From positions 879,614-943,613 of the forward strand of contig OZ253578.1 of the NCBI GenBank assembly GCA_965263025.1: 64,000 nucleotides of DNA, read 5' to 3'. The DNA is from Chloroflexota bacterium. GTDB taxonomy: Bacteria; Chloroflexota; UBA11872; VXNJ01. Numbering within the stretch: the first letter of the stretch is position 1; the number at the start of each line of letters is the position of its first letter. Position numbers and translations under genes: made by a program. Below, piece after piece: positions 38,232 through 46,515 of the stretch. Below the pieces are notes generated by a model that made no database searches, had not been told where the DNA came from, and saw only the letters and a program-made list of their open reading frames with translations.

Positions 38232-39404
38232 ATGAATAAGCTCCTGTACGTCCAGGGGATACCGCTGTGGCGCAATGTCGTCGTCCTGCGGTGGGTGGCG
38301 CAAATCGTTTCCGCCGTGCTGGTCGTCTCGGCCCTGACACTCTTCTTTATCAACGTGTCGCGAGAAATCGAGGCGCGGGAAATCCCCGCCGGTTTCAGCT
38401 TCCTCGACCGCGCCGCCCAGATTCCCATCGACGAAACGATCATTCCTTACCACCCGTCGGACTCCTATCTCTACGGATTCGCGGCAGCGGCCCTGAATAC
38501 GATCAAGGCGGCGCTGCTGGGTGTAGTTCTGGCGACCCTGCTCGGCATCTTGATAGGAATCGCCCGGATGTCGTCCAACTGGCTTTTGAACCGAATCGCC
38601 TTGACTTACATCGAGATATTCCGCAACATTCCTCTGCTTATTCAACTGCTGTTCTGGCTTCTCATCGTGCTCAGCCTGCCGAGAGTGCGGGAGAGCTACG
38701 TCTTCTTCGATAGGTTCTACCTCAACAACAGCGGCTTGTTTCTCCCGTGGCCGGTTCCACAGGATGGATTCTGGCCGTGGGCTCTCGCCACCGCCATCGG
38801 CGTAATCCTCGGGGTCTATGCCGCCAGACGTCTGCGCCAGCGTGAATCCGAAACTGGCAAGAAGAGCTACCCGATACTGGCCGGCGCCGCTCTTGCCATC
38901 GGCGTTAGCGTGCTCGCGCTCGTTGTTCTATCGCCCATGACAATCTCCATTCCCACGCCGGAGGGTACGTTTGGACGCCCGCAGGGCGGGGCGCAGCTCG
39001 GCGGGAGTTTCACGGCATTGCTGGTCGGGTTGGTCGTATATACATCGTCGTTCATTGCCGAGATCGTCAGAGCCGGCATTCAATCGGTCGGCAAGGGGCA
39101 GACCGAGGCGGCTCGATCCATGGGTCTGTCGACCGGATCGACCTTGCGTTACGTCACGTTTCCCCAGGCCATGCGGGTAATCATCCCGCCTACGATCAGT
39201 CAGTACCTGAACCTGACCAAGAACTCGAGCCTCGCCGCCGCGATCGGTTACCAGGACCTCGTGAGCGTGGCTAATACGATGACGCAAATCGCGCCCGCCA
39301 TTTCGTTGATTACGATGGTAATGCTTACCTATCTCGCCATGAGTCTGACCTTCTCGTTGATCGGCAACCTCTACAACCGCTCTATCAGGTTCAGCGGCAC
39401 GTGA
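38232..39404 (+). CDS. aapQ: amino-acid ABC transporter permease (large AapQ/BztB type)
   Basis: 390-aa polytopic protein with GQTEAARSMGLS...FPQAMRVIIPP (EAA loop). Confidence 0.8.
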   Translation: MNKLLYVQGIPLWRNVVVLRWVAQIVSAVLVVSALTLFFINVSREIEAREIPAGFSFLDRAAQIPIDETIIPYHPSDSYLYGFAAAALNTIKAALLGVVLATLLGILIGIARMSSNWLLNRIALTYIEIFRNIPLLIQLLFWLLIVLSLPRVRESYVFFDRFYLNNSGLFLPWPVPQDGFWPWALATAIGVILGVYAARRLRQRESETGKKSYPILAGAALAIGVSVLALVVLSPMTISIPTPEGTFGRPQGGAQLGGSFTALLVGLVVYTSSFIAEIVRAGIQSVGKGQTEAARSMGLSTGSTLRYVTFPQAMRVIIPPTISQYLNLTKNSSLAAAIGYQDLVSVANTMTQIAPAISLITMVMLTYLAMSLTFSLIGNLYNRSIRFSGT

Positions 39405-40633
39405 GCGCCGCGGTCACCGCCAACGCCATGCCCCCGCCGCCGCCGCCGCCGCCGCCGCCGGCGTCGACCGTCGGCTACAAAGGCTGGCTACGCCAGAACC
39501 TTTTCAGCTCCTGGTTCAACGGCATACTGACGTCCGTCCTTGCCGTGGCGGTGGCCTGGGTGGGGGTAAACGTCGTCGGATGGCTGATTTTCACGGCCGA
39601 TTGGGAAGTGATTACCAGCCGGGTCCCGCTCTACCTCGTGGGTCTCTATCCGTCCGAGGAGTACTGGCGACCCGAGGTTTGCCTCCTGCTGATCACCGCG
39701 CTGCTGGGGATTTCCTGGCGAATATGGGGCGGCGTGGCTCGCGTCTTCACTGTGGCGCTCGGCGCCGTCATCTTCGTGGTCTCCGCATTGCCGCAAGAGA
39801 TGACGCTGTTCAACCGGATTCTCCTGCTGCTGAATCCCGCCGCGATCGGTTTGGGCTACCTAGCCGTGGGGCGGTTCGGGTTACACCGCCCCAAACGCCT
39901 CGGCGCCATCACGATTTCGATAGTGGTCGTATCCATGCTGCTGATCCGCGGCGTCGAAGGCGTTCCCGGTCTCCCACCGGTCAATCCGCAGTACATCGGC
40001 GGGCTGATGCTGAACCTGGTGCTAGCTATCTTCGGCATCTCGATGTCCATGCCCATAGGCATCGCGCTCGCGCTGGGACGGCGCAGCGACCTGCCGGTGG
40101 TCAAGGTAGCGTGCGTAGGCTTCATCGAGATAGTCAGGGGCGTCCCCCTGATAACCCTGCTCTTTATGTCCCGGCACATCCTGCCGCTCACGCTCCCCTC
40201 CAACTTCAACATCAGCACGCTCTATCTGGCGGCCATCACCATTACGCTCTTCAGCTCGGCCTACATGGCCGAAAACGTGCGCGGCGGCATGGCCGCGGTG
40301 GCGCCGGGTCAGGCGGAAGCGGCGCGCGCGCTCGGACTGCGAGGCTGGCAGACAACCCTGCTGATCACTCTGCCGCAGGGACTCAGGAACATCATCCCGA
40401 CTATTGTCGGGCAGTTCATCAGCCTGTTCAAGGACACCAGCCTCGTCTTCTTCATCGGCATGCTGGACCTCGTCGAGATCGGCCGTTCGGCGCTTCAGGA
40501 CAGCAGCCTCGAGTTCATTGACAACGGACGCGAGGTCTACCTGTTCATCGCAGTCATGTTTTGGGTATTTACCTTCTCGATGTCTTACGTCAGCAGACGC
40601 ATTGAAGGCGCGCTCGGCGTAGGCCGGCGCTAA
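39401..40633 (+). CDS. aapM: amino-acid ABC transporter permease (AapM/BztC type) with an N-terminal poly-Pro run
   Basis: [11 protein letters not shown]...[13 protein letters not shown] loop. GTGA overlap with aapQ. An 11-Pro run lies near the N-terminus. Confidence 0.8.
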   Translation: MSAAVTANAMPPPPPPPPPPASTVGYKGWLRQNLFSSWFNGILTSVLAVAVAWVGVNVVGWLIFTADWEVITSRVPLYLVGLYPSEEYWRPEVCLLLITALLGISWRIWGGVARVFTVALGAVIFVVSALPQEMTLFNRILLLLNPAAIGLGYLAVGRFGLHRPKRLGAITISIVVVSMLLIRGVEGVPGLPPVNPQYIGGLMLNLVLAIFGISMSMPIGIALALGRRSDLPVVKVACVGFIEIVRGVPLITLLFMSRHILPLTLPSNFNISTLYLAAITITLFSSAYMAENVRGGMAAVAPGQAEAARALGLRGWQTTLLITLPQGLRNIIPTIVGQFISLFKDTSLVFFIGMLDLVEIGRSALQDSSLEFIDNGREVYLFIAVMFWVFTFSMSYVSRRIEGALGVGRR

Positions 40634-40656
40634 GCGGACCACGCGGGAGACCAACT

Positions 40657-41439
40657 ATGGCCGAAACCAGCACTCCTCCAGACTACCTCTCGATGCCGCT
40701 CGAAGAGCGCGACGACATCATCGTCTGCGAGAACGTCCACAAGTGGTTCGGCGAATTCTGCGCCGTGCGCGACGTAACCATGAGCGTCAAGCGGGGCGAA
40801 GTCCTCGTCATCTTCGGCCCGTCGGGATCGGGCAAGTCCACCTTCATCCGCATGATCAACCGCCTCGAAGAACATCAATCGGGCACGATCGTGGTTGACG
40901 ACATCGAAATGACCAACGACGTCCGCAACCTGGACGCCATACGCCGGGAAGTCGGCATGGTGTTTCAGCAGTTCAATCTCTTCCCGCACATGACCGCGAT
41001 CAACAACATCATGCTGGCGCCGCAGCGTGTGCGGCACGTCCCGAGGCGCGACGCCGAAACGATCGCGATGCAACTGCTCGAACGCGTCGGGATTCCGGAG
41101 CAGGCGCACAAATACCCCGCCGAGCTATCGGGCGGTCAGCAGCAGCGGGTAGCCATCGCCCGCGCGCTCGCCATGCAGCCGGAAATCATGCTGTTCGACG
41201 AACCCACCTCGGCGCTCGATCCGGAGATGATTAAGGAAGTGCTGGACGCAATGCGCGAGCTGGCCGCCACGGGCATGACCATGCTGTGCGTAACCCACGA
41301 GATGGGCTTCGCCCGCGAGGTCGCCGACCGCATGGCCTTCTTCGACGAAGGCATGCTCGTCGAACTGGGCACTCCAGACCAGATCTTCAACAACCCCCAG
41401 GAAGACCGCACCCGCACATTCCTGGAGCAGATTCTCTAG
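40657..41439 (+). CDS. aapP: amino-acid ABC transporter ATP-binding protein
   Basis: Walker [10 protein letters not shown], signature [15 protein letters not shown], Walker [12 protein letters not shown]. Confidence 0.9.
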   Translation: MAETSTPPDYLSMPLEERDDIIVCENVHKWFGEFCAVRDVTMSVKRGEVLVIFGPSGSGKSTFIRMINRLEEHQSGTIVVDDIEMTNDVRNLDAIRREVGMVFQQFNLFPHMTAINNIMLAPQRVRHVPRRDAETIAMQLLERVGIPEQAHKYPAELSGGQQQRVAIARALAMQPEIMLFDEPTSALDPEMIKEVLDAMRELAATGMTMLCVTHEMGFAREVADRMAFFDEGMLVELGTPDQIFNNPQEDRTRTFLEQIL

Positions 41440-41457
41440 CCCCGGCTTCGTGCAGCC

Positions 41458-41874
41458 CTACTCGGCAAATACACCGCGACGCCTGAATTCCGCCGTTACG
41501 GAGTTATGAACCGAGCGCGCCTCCGACTCCGCGCGAGCTGCGTCGGCATCGGTCGGATCTGGCCGGTCTCCCGGATATCTCGCCTCCGCTGCCTACTCGG
41601 TCAGTTCAGCCAGATCGGTATGGGTATCGCGCACGGGCCAACTGCGTGGGAGCAGGTCGCGCAGGGCGTCCAGGTCGTGTGTAAACGGGAATTCGATCCC
41701 TTCCAGTATCAGGGCCGCTTTCAGCGCCTTTTCCGCGGCTTGTTGGGCCAGCCAGCAGGCGTGACGGGGAGCGGACGGACAACTCGATAGCAGGCGCAAG
41801 GAAACGTCTAAGTCCTCTTCCGAAAACCGCAGCCAGCGGCCAGCCTCGCGTGCGGCGGGATCAAGGTCGTTCAT
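41458..41874 (-). pseudogene. HEPN domain gene (partner of MNT) interrupted by an in-frame TAG at 41593..41595
   Basis: The ORF-track entry 41593..41874 ends ...HTDLAELTE*. The same frame continues AAEARYPGDRPDPTDADAARAESEARSVHNSV... to a TAG at 41458. The stop sits where the family has Tyr (LTEYAxEARYPG). Confidence 0.7.
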
Positions 41875-42178
41875 ATACGACCGTCCCGTCGCGAAGCGCC
41901 GCGTTCAGCACGGTCCCCACCACTTGACCTCGACTTGCGATCTCATTGGGCGTGGTTACCACGATGTCCTTGCTCACCGGAAGATCTCCCAGCAACCGCC
42001 GTATCTCGACCGCAACTCGACGCTTGTCGGACACGTTTCCCATTACGACAAGCAGGTCCACGTCGCTCCACTTGCTTGCGGTACCGCGCGCCTGGGAACC
42101 AAAAAGCACGACGCGAGACGGTTGAAACCTTCCAACTATCCGGTCCACCATGGTCGAAATAATCGCTTCAGAAGTCAT
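41861..42178 (-). CDS. nucleotidyltransferase (MNT) antitoxin-type protein, copy A
   Basis: LFGSQARGTASKWSDVDLLVV (GS...DxD). A 14-nt overlap joins it to the downstream HEPN gene. Confidence 0.85.
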   Translation of the reverse strand: MTSEAIISTMVDRIVGRFQPSRVVLFGSQARGTASKWSDVDLLVVMGNVSDKRRVAVEIRRLLGDLPVSKDIVVTTPNEIASRGQVVGTVLNAALRDGTVVYERP

Positions 42179-42265
42179 ATCGATCCTGAGCCGTCCCCAA
42201 AACCTTGTACCACCCGCTATGTTAGTCCGACGAGTGCGGGGATACGTTCCACAGACAGCATGGCC
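41887..42265. repeat. direct repeat copy A (about 379 bp): MNT gene body, its upstream region and the edge of an ABC-ATPase 3' fragment
   Basis: Manual alignment to 44175..44552 shows only 2 differences in the first ~215 nt and roughly 27 differences overall. Confidence 0.85.
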
Positions 42266-42770
42266 CTCTTCGACGAAGGAATGCTCGTCGAGCTAGGCAC
42301 CCCCGAGATCTTCAACACGGCGCCGCTCGTCAGGTTGTCCGAACGGAGAGTACGCCAATAGACATCTTCATGGTGCAGCTTGCTCTCGTCTTCTTGCCGG
42401 GCATCGTTTGGGCGAGGTCCCGTTGTTATACTTCGCTCGCGATCGGCACAACATTCATATCGAGTTTCCATACTGCGGGAAGAATCGTAGCGAGGAGGAG
42501 GAAGCGAAAAATGGCACGAGAGCGTGATTCCGCTCGAAATGCGCGCGATTCTATTTCGTTTCGAGATGTTCGCCTTGAAAAGGGCGGACAGAACCCAACC
42601 CAATCCCAAATCACCGAACGTCCGCCAGCACCCGAGCCGATAGCCACTCTGCAGTCAGTTCAATCCCCTCGGCCTGCTTCGAATCAAGCGCCCTCTACTG
42701 ACGACGCCTCACCCGACTAAGCGCCGGCAGCGAAGACCGCACCCGCACGTTCCTCGAGCAGATTCTCTAG
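42260..42770 (+). pseudogene. remnant of an aapP-like ATPase 3' end, split by an insertion of ~415 bp
   Basis: 42260..42316 encodes [19 protein letters not shown] (intact gene: [20 protein letters not shown]). 42732..42770 repeats the last 12 codons plus stop ([12 protein letters not shown]) of aapP almost exactly. Confidence 0.75.
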
Positions 42771-42991
42771 CCGCAGCAATCGACCGCGCGGCTGGTCGCC
42801 CGTTGCGCCAGGGAACTATCGCGGCGTGAAAGACCCGTCGCCCACGGATCCGTTACCCTGCTTGAGACGAGGGGCGCCGATAAGATGACCAGCTCCCGCT
42901 GCTTCTGAAGCTTGCTCTCGCCATTCGACGCTGGCACAATCGCCCACTCGTAGCGAGCAGGGTTCCACACGCAGAGACAAGGATGACGTAA

Positions 42992-44071
42992 ATGAAGCTG
43001 CGACCGGCCAAAGCGTCGTTAATTCTGGCGCTGTGCGCGCTCATCCTGGCGGCGTGTGCAAGCGGCGGCGAGCGTCACGACGCCGGCGGCGGCGAGTCAG
43101 CGGCCAGGGCCGCGCAAGCGTCGACCAGCCGGATCGAAACCGTCCGGGAACGCGGGCGGTTGATTTGCGCCAGCCGTAAGGACGTGGCGGGCTTTGGATC
43201 GCTCGACGAAAACGGCCGCAACGTCGGATTCGATATCGACCTTTGCCGCGCCGTAGCGGCCGCCGTGCTCGGCGACGCCGAAGCGATCGAGATCGAATAC
43301 ATCACCGCTGCCCAACACGGCCCCACCATCCAGTCCGGCAAAGTTGACCTGCTGGTCCGAACTCTCACCCGCACAACCACCCGCGACGCGCAGTGGGGGC
43401 GCTTCTCCTACACCATGTTCTACGATGGTCAGGGCTTCCTGGCGCCCAAAGAACTGGGCGTGGAATCGGCCTACGACCTGGGCGGCGCGACAGTATGCGT
43501 AATCGGCGGCACCACCACCGAGCGCAATCTGGCCGACTTCTTCCGGCAAAACGATATGGAATATACGCCGTCCGTGCTAGAAGACACGCACGTGGCGCTG
43601 GACGCCTACAAGTCAGGGCGATGCGAGGCTTTCACGAACGACCGCTCGCAACTGGCGGCGCTCCGAACTACCCTGCCTGATCCGGGCGCCCACGTCATCC
43701 TGCCCGAGACAATCTCGGAAGAACCGCTAACGCCGATCGTGCCGCACGGCGACGAACTGTGGGGCGCGGTGGTGAACACGGTAATGGCGGGGCTGATTTA
43801 CGCCGAGGCCTACGGCGTCGCCAGCGGCAACCTCGCCGAGATGCTCAACAGCAACGACACCAGAATCAAGCGGATGCTCGGCGTCGAGGGCAGCTTTGGC
43901 CAGGACGACCTGAAACTGTCCGTAACCTTCATGCAAGACGTGATCGCGAGCGTGGGCAACTACGGCGAGATATATGACCGCAACATCGGCAAAGACGGCC
44001 TGAGCCTGCCCCGCGGCCGTAACGCGCTTTGGTTGGACGGCGGCCAGCTCTGCGCCGCCCCGCTGCGCTGA
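42992..44071 (+). CDS. amino-acid ABC substrate-binding protein; an orphan paralog of aapJ
   Basis: Lipobox LAAC. It is collinear with the 37010..38113 product over the whole mature domain (roughly 70 percent identical by eye). No permease or ATPase genes follow. Confidence 0.85.
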   Translation: MKLRPAKASLILALCALILAACASGGERHDAGGGESAARAAQASTSRIETVRERGRLICASRKDVAGFGSLDENGRNVGFDIDLCRAVAAAVLGDAEAIEIEYITAAQHGPTIQSGKVDLLVRTLTRTTTRDAQWGRFSYTMFYDGQGFLAPKELGVESAYDLGGATVCVIGGTTTERNLADFFRQNDMEYTPSVLEDTHVALDAYKSGRCEAFTNDRSQLAALRTTLPDPGAHVILPETISEEPLTPIVPHGDELWGAVVNTVMAGLIYAEAYGVASGNLAEMLNSNDTRIKRMLGVEGSFGQDDLKLSVTFMQDVIASVGNYGEIYDRNIGKDGLSLPRGRNALWLDGGQLCAAPLR

Positions 44072-44142
44072 ATCAGCCGGCGACTCAGAGCCGTAACCAG
44101 CGCCTCCACAACCAGCACCGCTACAACCAACGCCCCCTACCG

Positions 44143-44466
44143 TCATTCCGGCGTCCGCCGGAATCCAGTCCTCTCGTCGCGAAGCGCCGCGTTCAGCACG
44201 GTCCCCACCACTTGACCTCGACTTGCGATCTCATCGGGCGTGGTTACCACGATGTCCTTGCTCGCCGGAAGATCTCCCAGCAACCGCCGTATCTCGACCG
44301 CAACTCGACGCTTGTCGGACACGTTTCCCATTACGACAAGCAGGTCCACGTCGCTCCACTTGCTTGCGGTACCCCGCACCTGAGAACCGAAAAGCACGAC
44401 GCGAGACGGTTGAAACCGTCCGACTATCCGGTCCACCATCGTCGAAATAATCGCTTCAGAAACCAT
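44143..44466 (-). CDS. nucleotidyltransferase (MNT) protein, copy B; orphan with a replaced C-terminus
   Basis: Nearly identical to copy A through ...VLNAALRD, then diverges (ERTGFRRTPE). No HEPN gene is downstream. Confidence 0.7.
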   Translation of the reverse strand: MVSEAIISTMVDRIVGRFQPSRVVLFGSQVRGTASKWSDVDLLVVMGNVSDKRRVAVEIRRLLGDLPASKDIVVTTPDEIASRGQVVGTVLNAALRDERTGFRRTPE

Positions 44467-44552
44467 CGCGATCCCGAGCCGTCCCCAATCCTGATACCAC
44501 CCATTATGTTAGTCCGACGAGTGCGGAAATAGGTTCCTCAGGCAGCATGGCC
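44175..44552. repeat. direct repeat copy B (about 378 bp)
   Basis: See copy A. The left boundary abuts the hairpin ATTCCGGC-GTCC-GCCGGAAT (44145..44164). Confidence 0.85.
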
Positions 44553-44597
44553 ACTAGCGCCAGCAGCCCCTGATGCGGGCAGATCGTAAATTTCAAC

Positions 44598-45098
44598 TCA
44601 ATCAGCCAACCGATTAAGACGAATAGCCAATTCACGCTTTGAGACGGGACATCTCGGATCGTCCTGCATCGCTTTAAGCGTCGTGACGACCTGGGTTGCC
44701 GGCAAGATTCCGGCGGTATCCATTTTGTCGATGCCCCACAGGGTACCGTGATGAGGGATGCCTTCTGACCGAGCGAAGCTACGCATGACCCTGTCGTCCG
44801 TGAGGAGCTCCCATCCCTGCTGCTTAGCCAAGGCAAGAGCGAATGAATCTACCAAACTCAGGGCCTGCCGCCTCGACTGAATGGAGATTGCCATTGTTAC
44901 CCCTTCCGTATCCAGAGCTTCAACCTTGAGGCCAAAGCTGAGCAAGTCCTGTCGGCTGTACACACCCAAGTCAATTAGTTCCTCGTCGAACAGCAAGTCT
45001 GGAACCGCGAATTGGAACCTTAACTCGAACATCTTGTCCAGCAGTTCGCGCTTGGCGAACTCGATCAATACGGAACTGTCGCTGACGAGGACCTTCAC
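44598..45098 (-). CDS. PIN-domain protein (COG2405/DUF3368-like)
   Basis: MKVLVSDSSVLIEFAK (Asp7), SLVDSFALALAK, LLTDD acidic residues. It lies 13 nt downstream of the XRE-M78 gene on the same strand. Confidence 0.7.
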   Translation of the reverse strand: MKVLVSDSSVLIEFAKRELLDKMFELRFQFAVPDLLFDEELIDLGVYSRQDLLSFGLKVEALDTEGVTMAISIQSRRQALSLVDSFALALAKQQGWELLTDDRVMRSFARSEGIPHHGTLWGIDKMDTAGILPATQVVTTLKAMQDDPRCPVSKRELAIRLNRLAD

Positions 45099-45111
45099 GT
45101 CTATGCGATCC

Positions 45112-46158
45112 TCATTTACCCCCCATAATGCGCTCGATTTCGCTGATGGGCAGTCTGAGCAACTCGGCCGCCTTGGACATTGAAATCACTCTCTCTTCCA
45201 ACGCTCTCAAACAGAGACGGCGAAAGCGCCTGGGAGCCTCCGTTCGCTTAAGGCCGCGTGGCTCGTCCTTTCTCCAACCTCGTCCGATGCCGCGGAAAAT
45301 TCCCACCATCGTCGCTTTGGTGATAATTCCCAGGTCACGCATTCGCACTACCAGAGCTGCGGCGCTGACGCCGAATATGTGCTTGATCTCGAAGAGTTCG
45401 CCGAGACCGAAACTGACACGCCGGTGACCTACTTCACGCATAAGCTCTTCTCGGGGTACCAGGAAAGCACCGGCAAACCTTTGGCATGCTTTCTCGGTAG
45501 ACACTCCCGTCGGAATGTCCAGGACCATGTGGCCTAGTTCGTGAGCGATGGTCAACCGCTGACGCTCTATGGATTTCGTGGAGGAGCAGACCACTACCGG
45601 CACGTCGTCTCCATCTACACGATGGACGTGGCAGGTGAGTCCGTCCACCGACTCAGGTAGGCCCACTTTGAAGACCTTGATCCCACGTTCCTCAAGCAGT
45701 TCAGTCATATTCGAAATCGGATCGCCGCCGAGATTCCAGGCCTTGCGAACTGACATGGCGATTTGCTCGGCGTCTTCTATGGCGTCGATGCTATAAGGCG
45801 CGCCGTCGGGTCTATCCTGCCTGCCGCTATCGATGCCCAGCAGTTCCTCCAATTGGAGATAGCGATCCATGATATCGAGCACATCCGCCTCGACCGCCGC
45901 CCGCTCCCTAACCTTGGTTGAAGCCAGCTTTCTGAACTCAACAGACTCCAAAGAGACCTTCGAAGGGCTAAAGAGGTAGCTCATGGAAACGTCGAGAGCC
46001 TTTGCCAAAGCAAGCGCTACGGTTGAGCTAGGCATCATCTCGCCGCGCTCATATTTGCCGATAGCCTGGGCTGTAACGATGCCCCCAATGCGTGAGGACA
46101 ACGCCCGGAGCGATAGGCCACTGCGTTTTCTGGCGAGCTTGAGACGTTCGCTGAACAT
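45112..46158 (-). CDS. XRE-family HTH fused to an ImmA/IrrE (M78, COG2856) zinc metallopeptidase
   Basis: N-terminal LKLARKRSGLSLRALSSRIGGIVTAQAIGKYERGEMMP (HTH_3) and HELGHMVL (HEXXH). ATG 46158 has AAGGAGG upstream. Confidence 0.85.
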   Translation of the reverse strand: MFSERLKLARKRSGLSLRALSSRIGGIVTAQAIGKYERGEMMPSSTVALALAKALDVSMSYLFSPSKVSLESVEFRKLASTKVRERAAVEADVLDIMDRYLQLEELLGIDSGRQDRPDGAPYSIDAIEDAEQIAMSVRKAWNLGGDPISNMTELLEERGIKVFKVGLPESVDGLTCHVHRVDGDDVPVVVCSSTKSIERQRLTIAHELGHMVLDIPTGVSTEKACQRFAGAFLVPREELMREVGHRRVSFGLGELFEIKHIFGVSAAALVVRMRDLGIITKATMVGIFRGIGRGWRKDEPRGLKRTEAPRRFRRLCLRALEERVISMSKAAELLRLPISEIERIMGGK

Positions 46159-46172
46159 ACGCCCCTCCTTTC

Positions 46173-46211
46173 GGTTTACATTTCGTAGTATAATATACGT
46201 GTTTGTAAACC
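46173..46211. promoter_or_regulatory. putative operator: an inverted repeat GGTTTACA-N23-TGTAAACC enclosing a TATAAT box, in the divergent intergenic region
   Basis: The 8-bp arms at 46173..46180 and 46204..46211 are perfect. TATAAT is at 46189..46194. The site lies between the XRE-M78 start (46158) and the small ORF start (46235). Confidence 0.45.
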
Positions 46212-46234
46212 ACACTCAGGCACAGAGGTGTCCC

Positions 46235-46515
46235 GTGTCCCAGGGCAAGTTCGAGTTCAAGGTGAATGGTGATGAGTTCGCTGCTAAGAAACCCAACCCG
46301 ACCGCGTCGGAGATTCTAGAGATTGCCAAGAGGGCGTGCGCGTGCACGGAGTGCTGTGGATAATCGACAAGCTTCATGCGGTAGGCATTTGCGGCGATGA
46401 CCGGCTTATCGCCGCCCTGCAAGTCTGGCGCGACGCCCCGTCCGTATTCCTGCCCAAACGCGAAATCAGCCGCGGGATCGCGTTGCTGACATCGAATGAA
46501 GGAGCGATCCGATGA
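46235..46515 (+). CDS. two overlapping short ORFs (46235..46363 and 46336..46515), possibly one frameshifted beta-grasp (multiubiquitin-like) gene
   Basis: GTG 46235 has GAGG 6 nt upstream and gives MSQGKFEFKVNGDEFAAKKPNPTASEILEIAKRACACTECCG. The -1 frame from 46336 gives VRVHGVLWIIDKLHAVGICGDDRLIAALQVWRDAPSVFLPKREISRG... and ends in an ATGA overlap with the next gene. Confidence 0.4.

Noticed and set aside
42370-42720. The 116-aa ORF-track entry, and the opposite-strand 130-aa ORF 42217..42609, as real genes.
   Set aside because: The N-terminal 47 codons lack any signal and run across the ATPase-remnant junction. Only the internal ATG 42511 with a strong SD seems worth noting (see the finding). 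The antisense ORF has no support.
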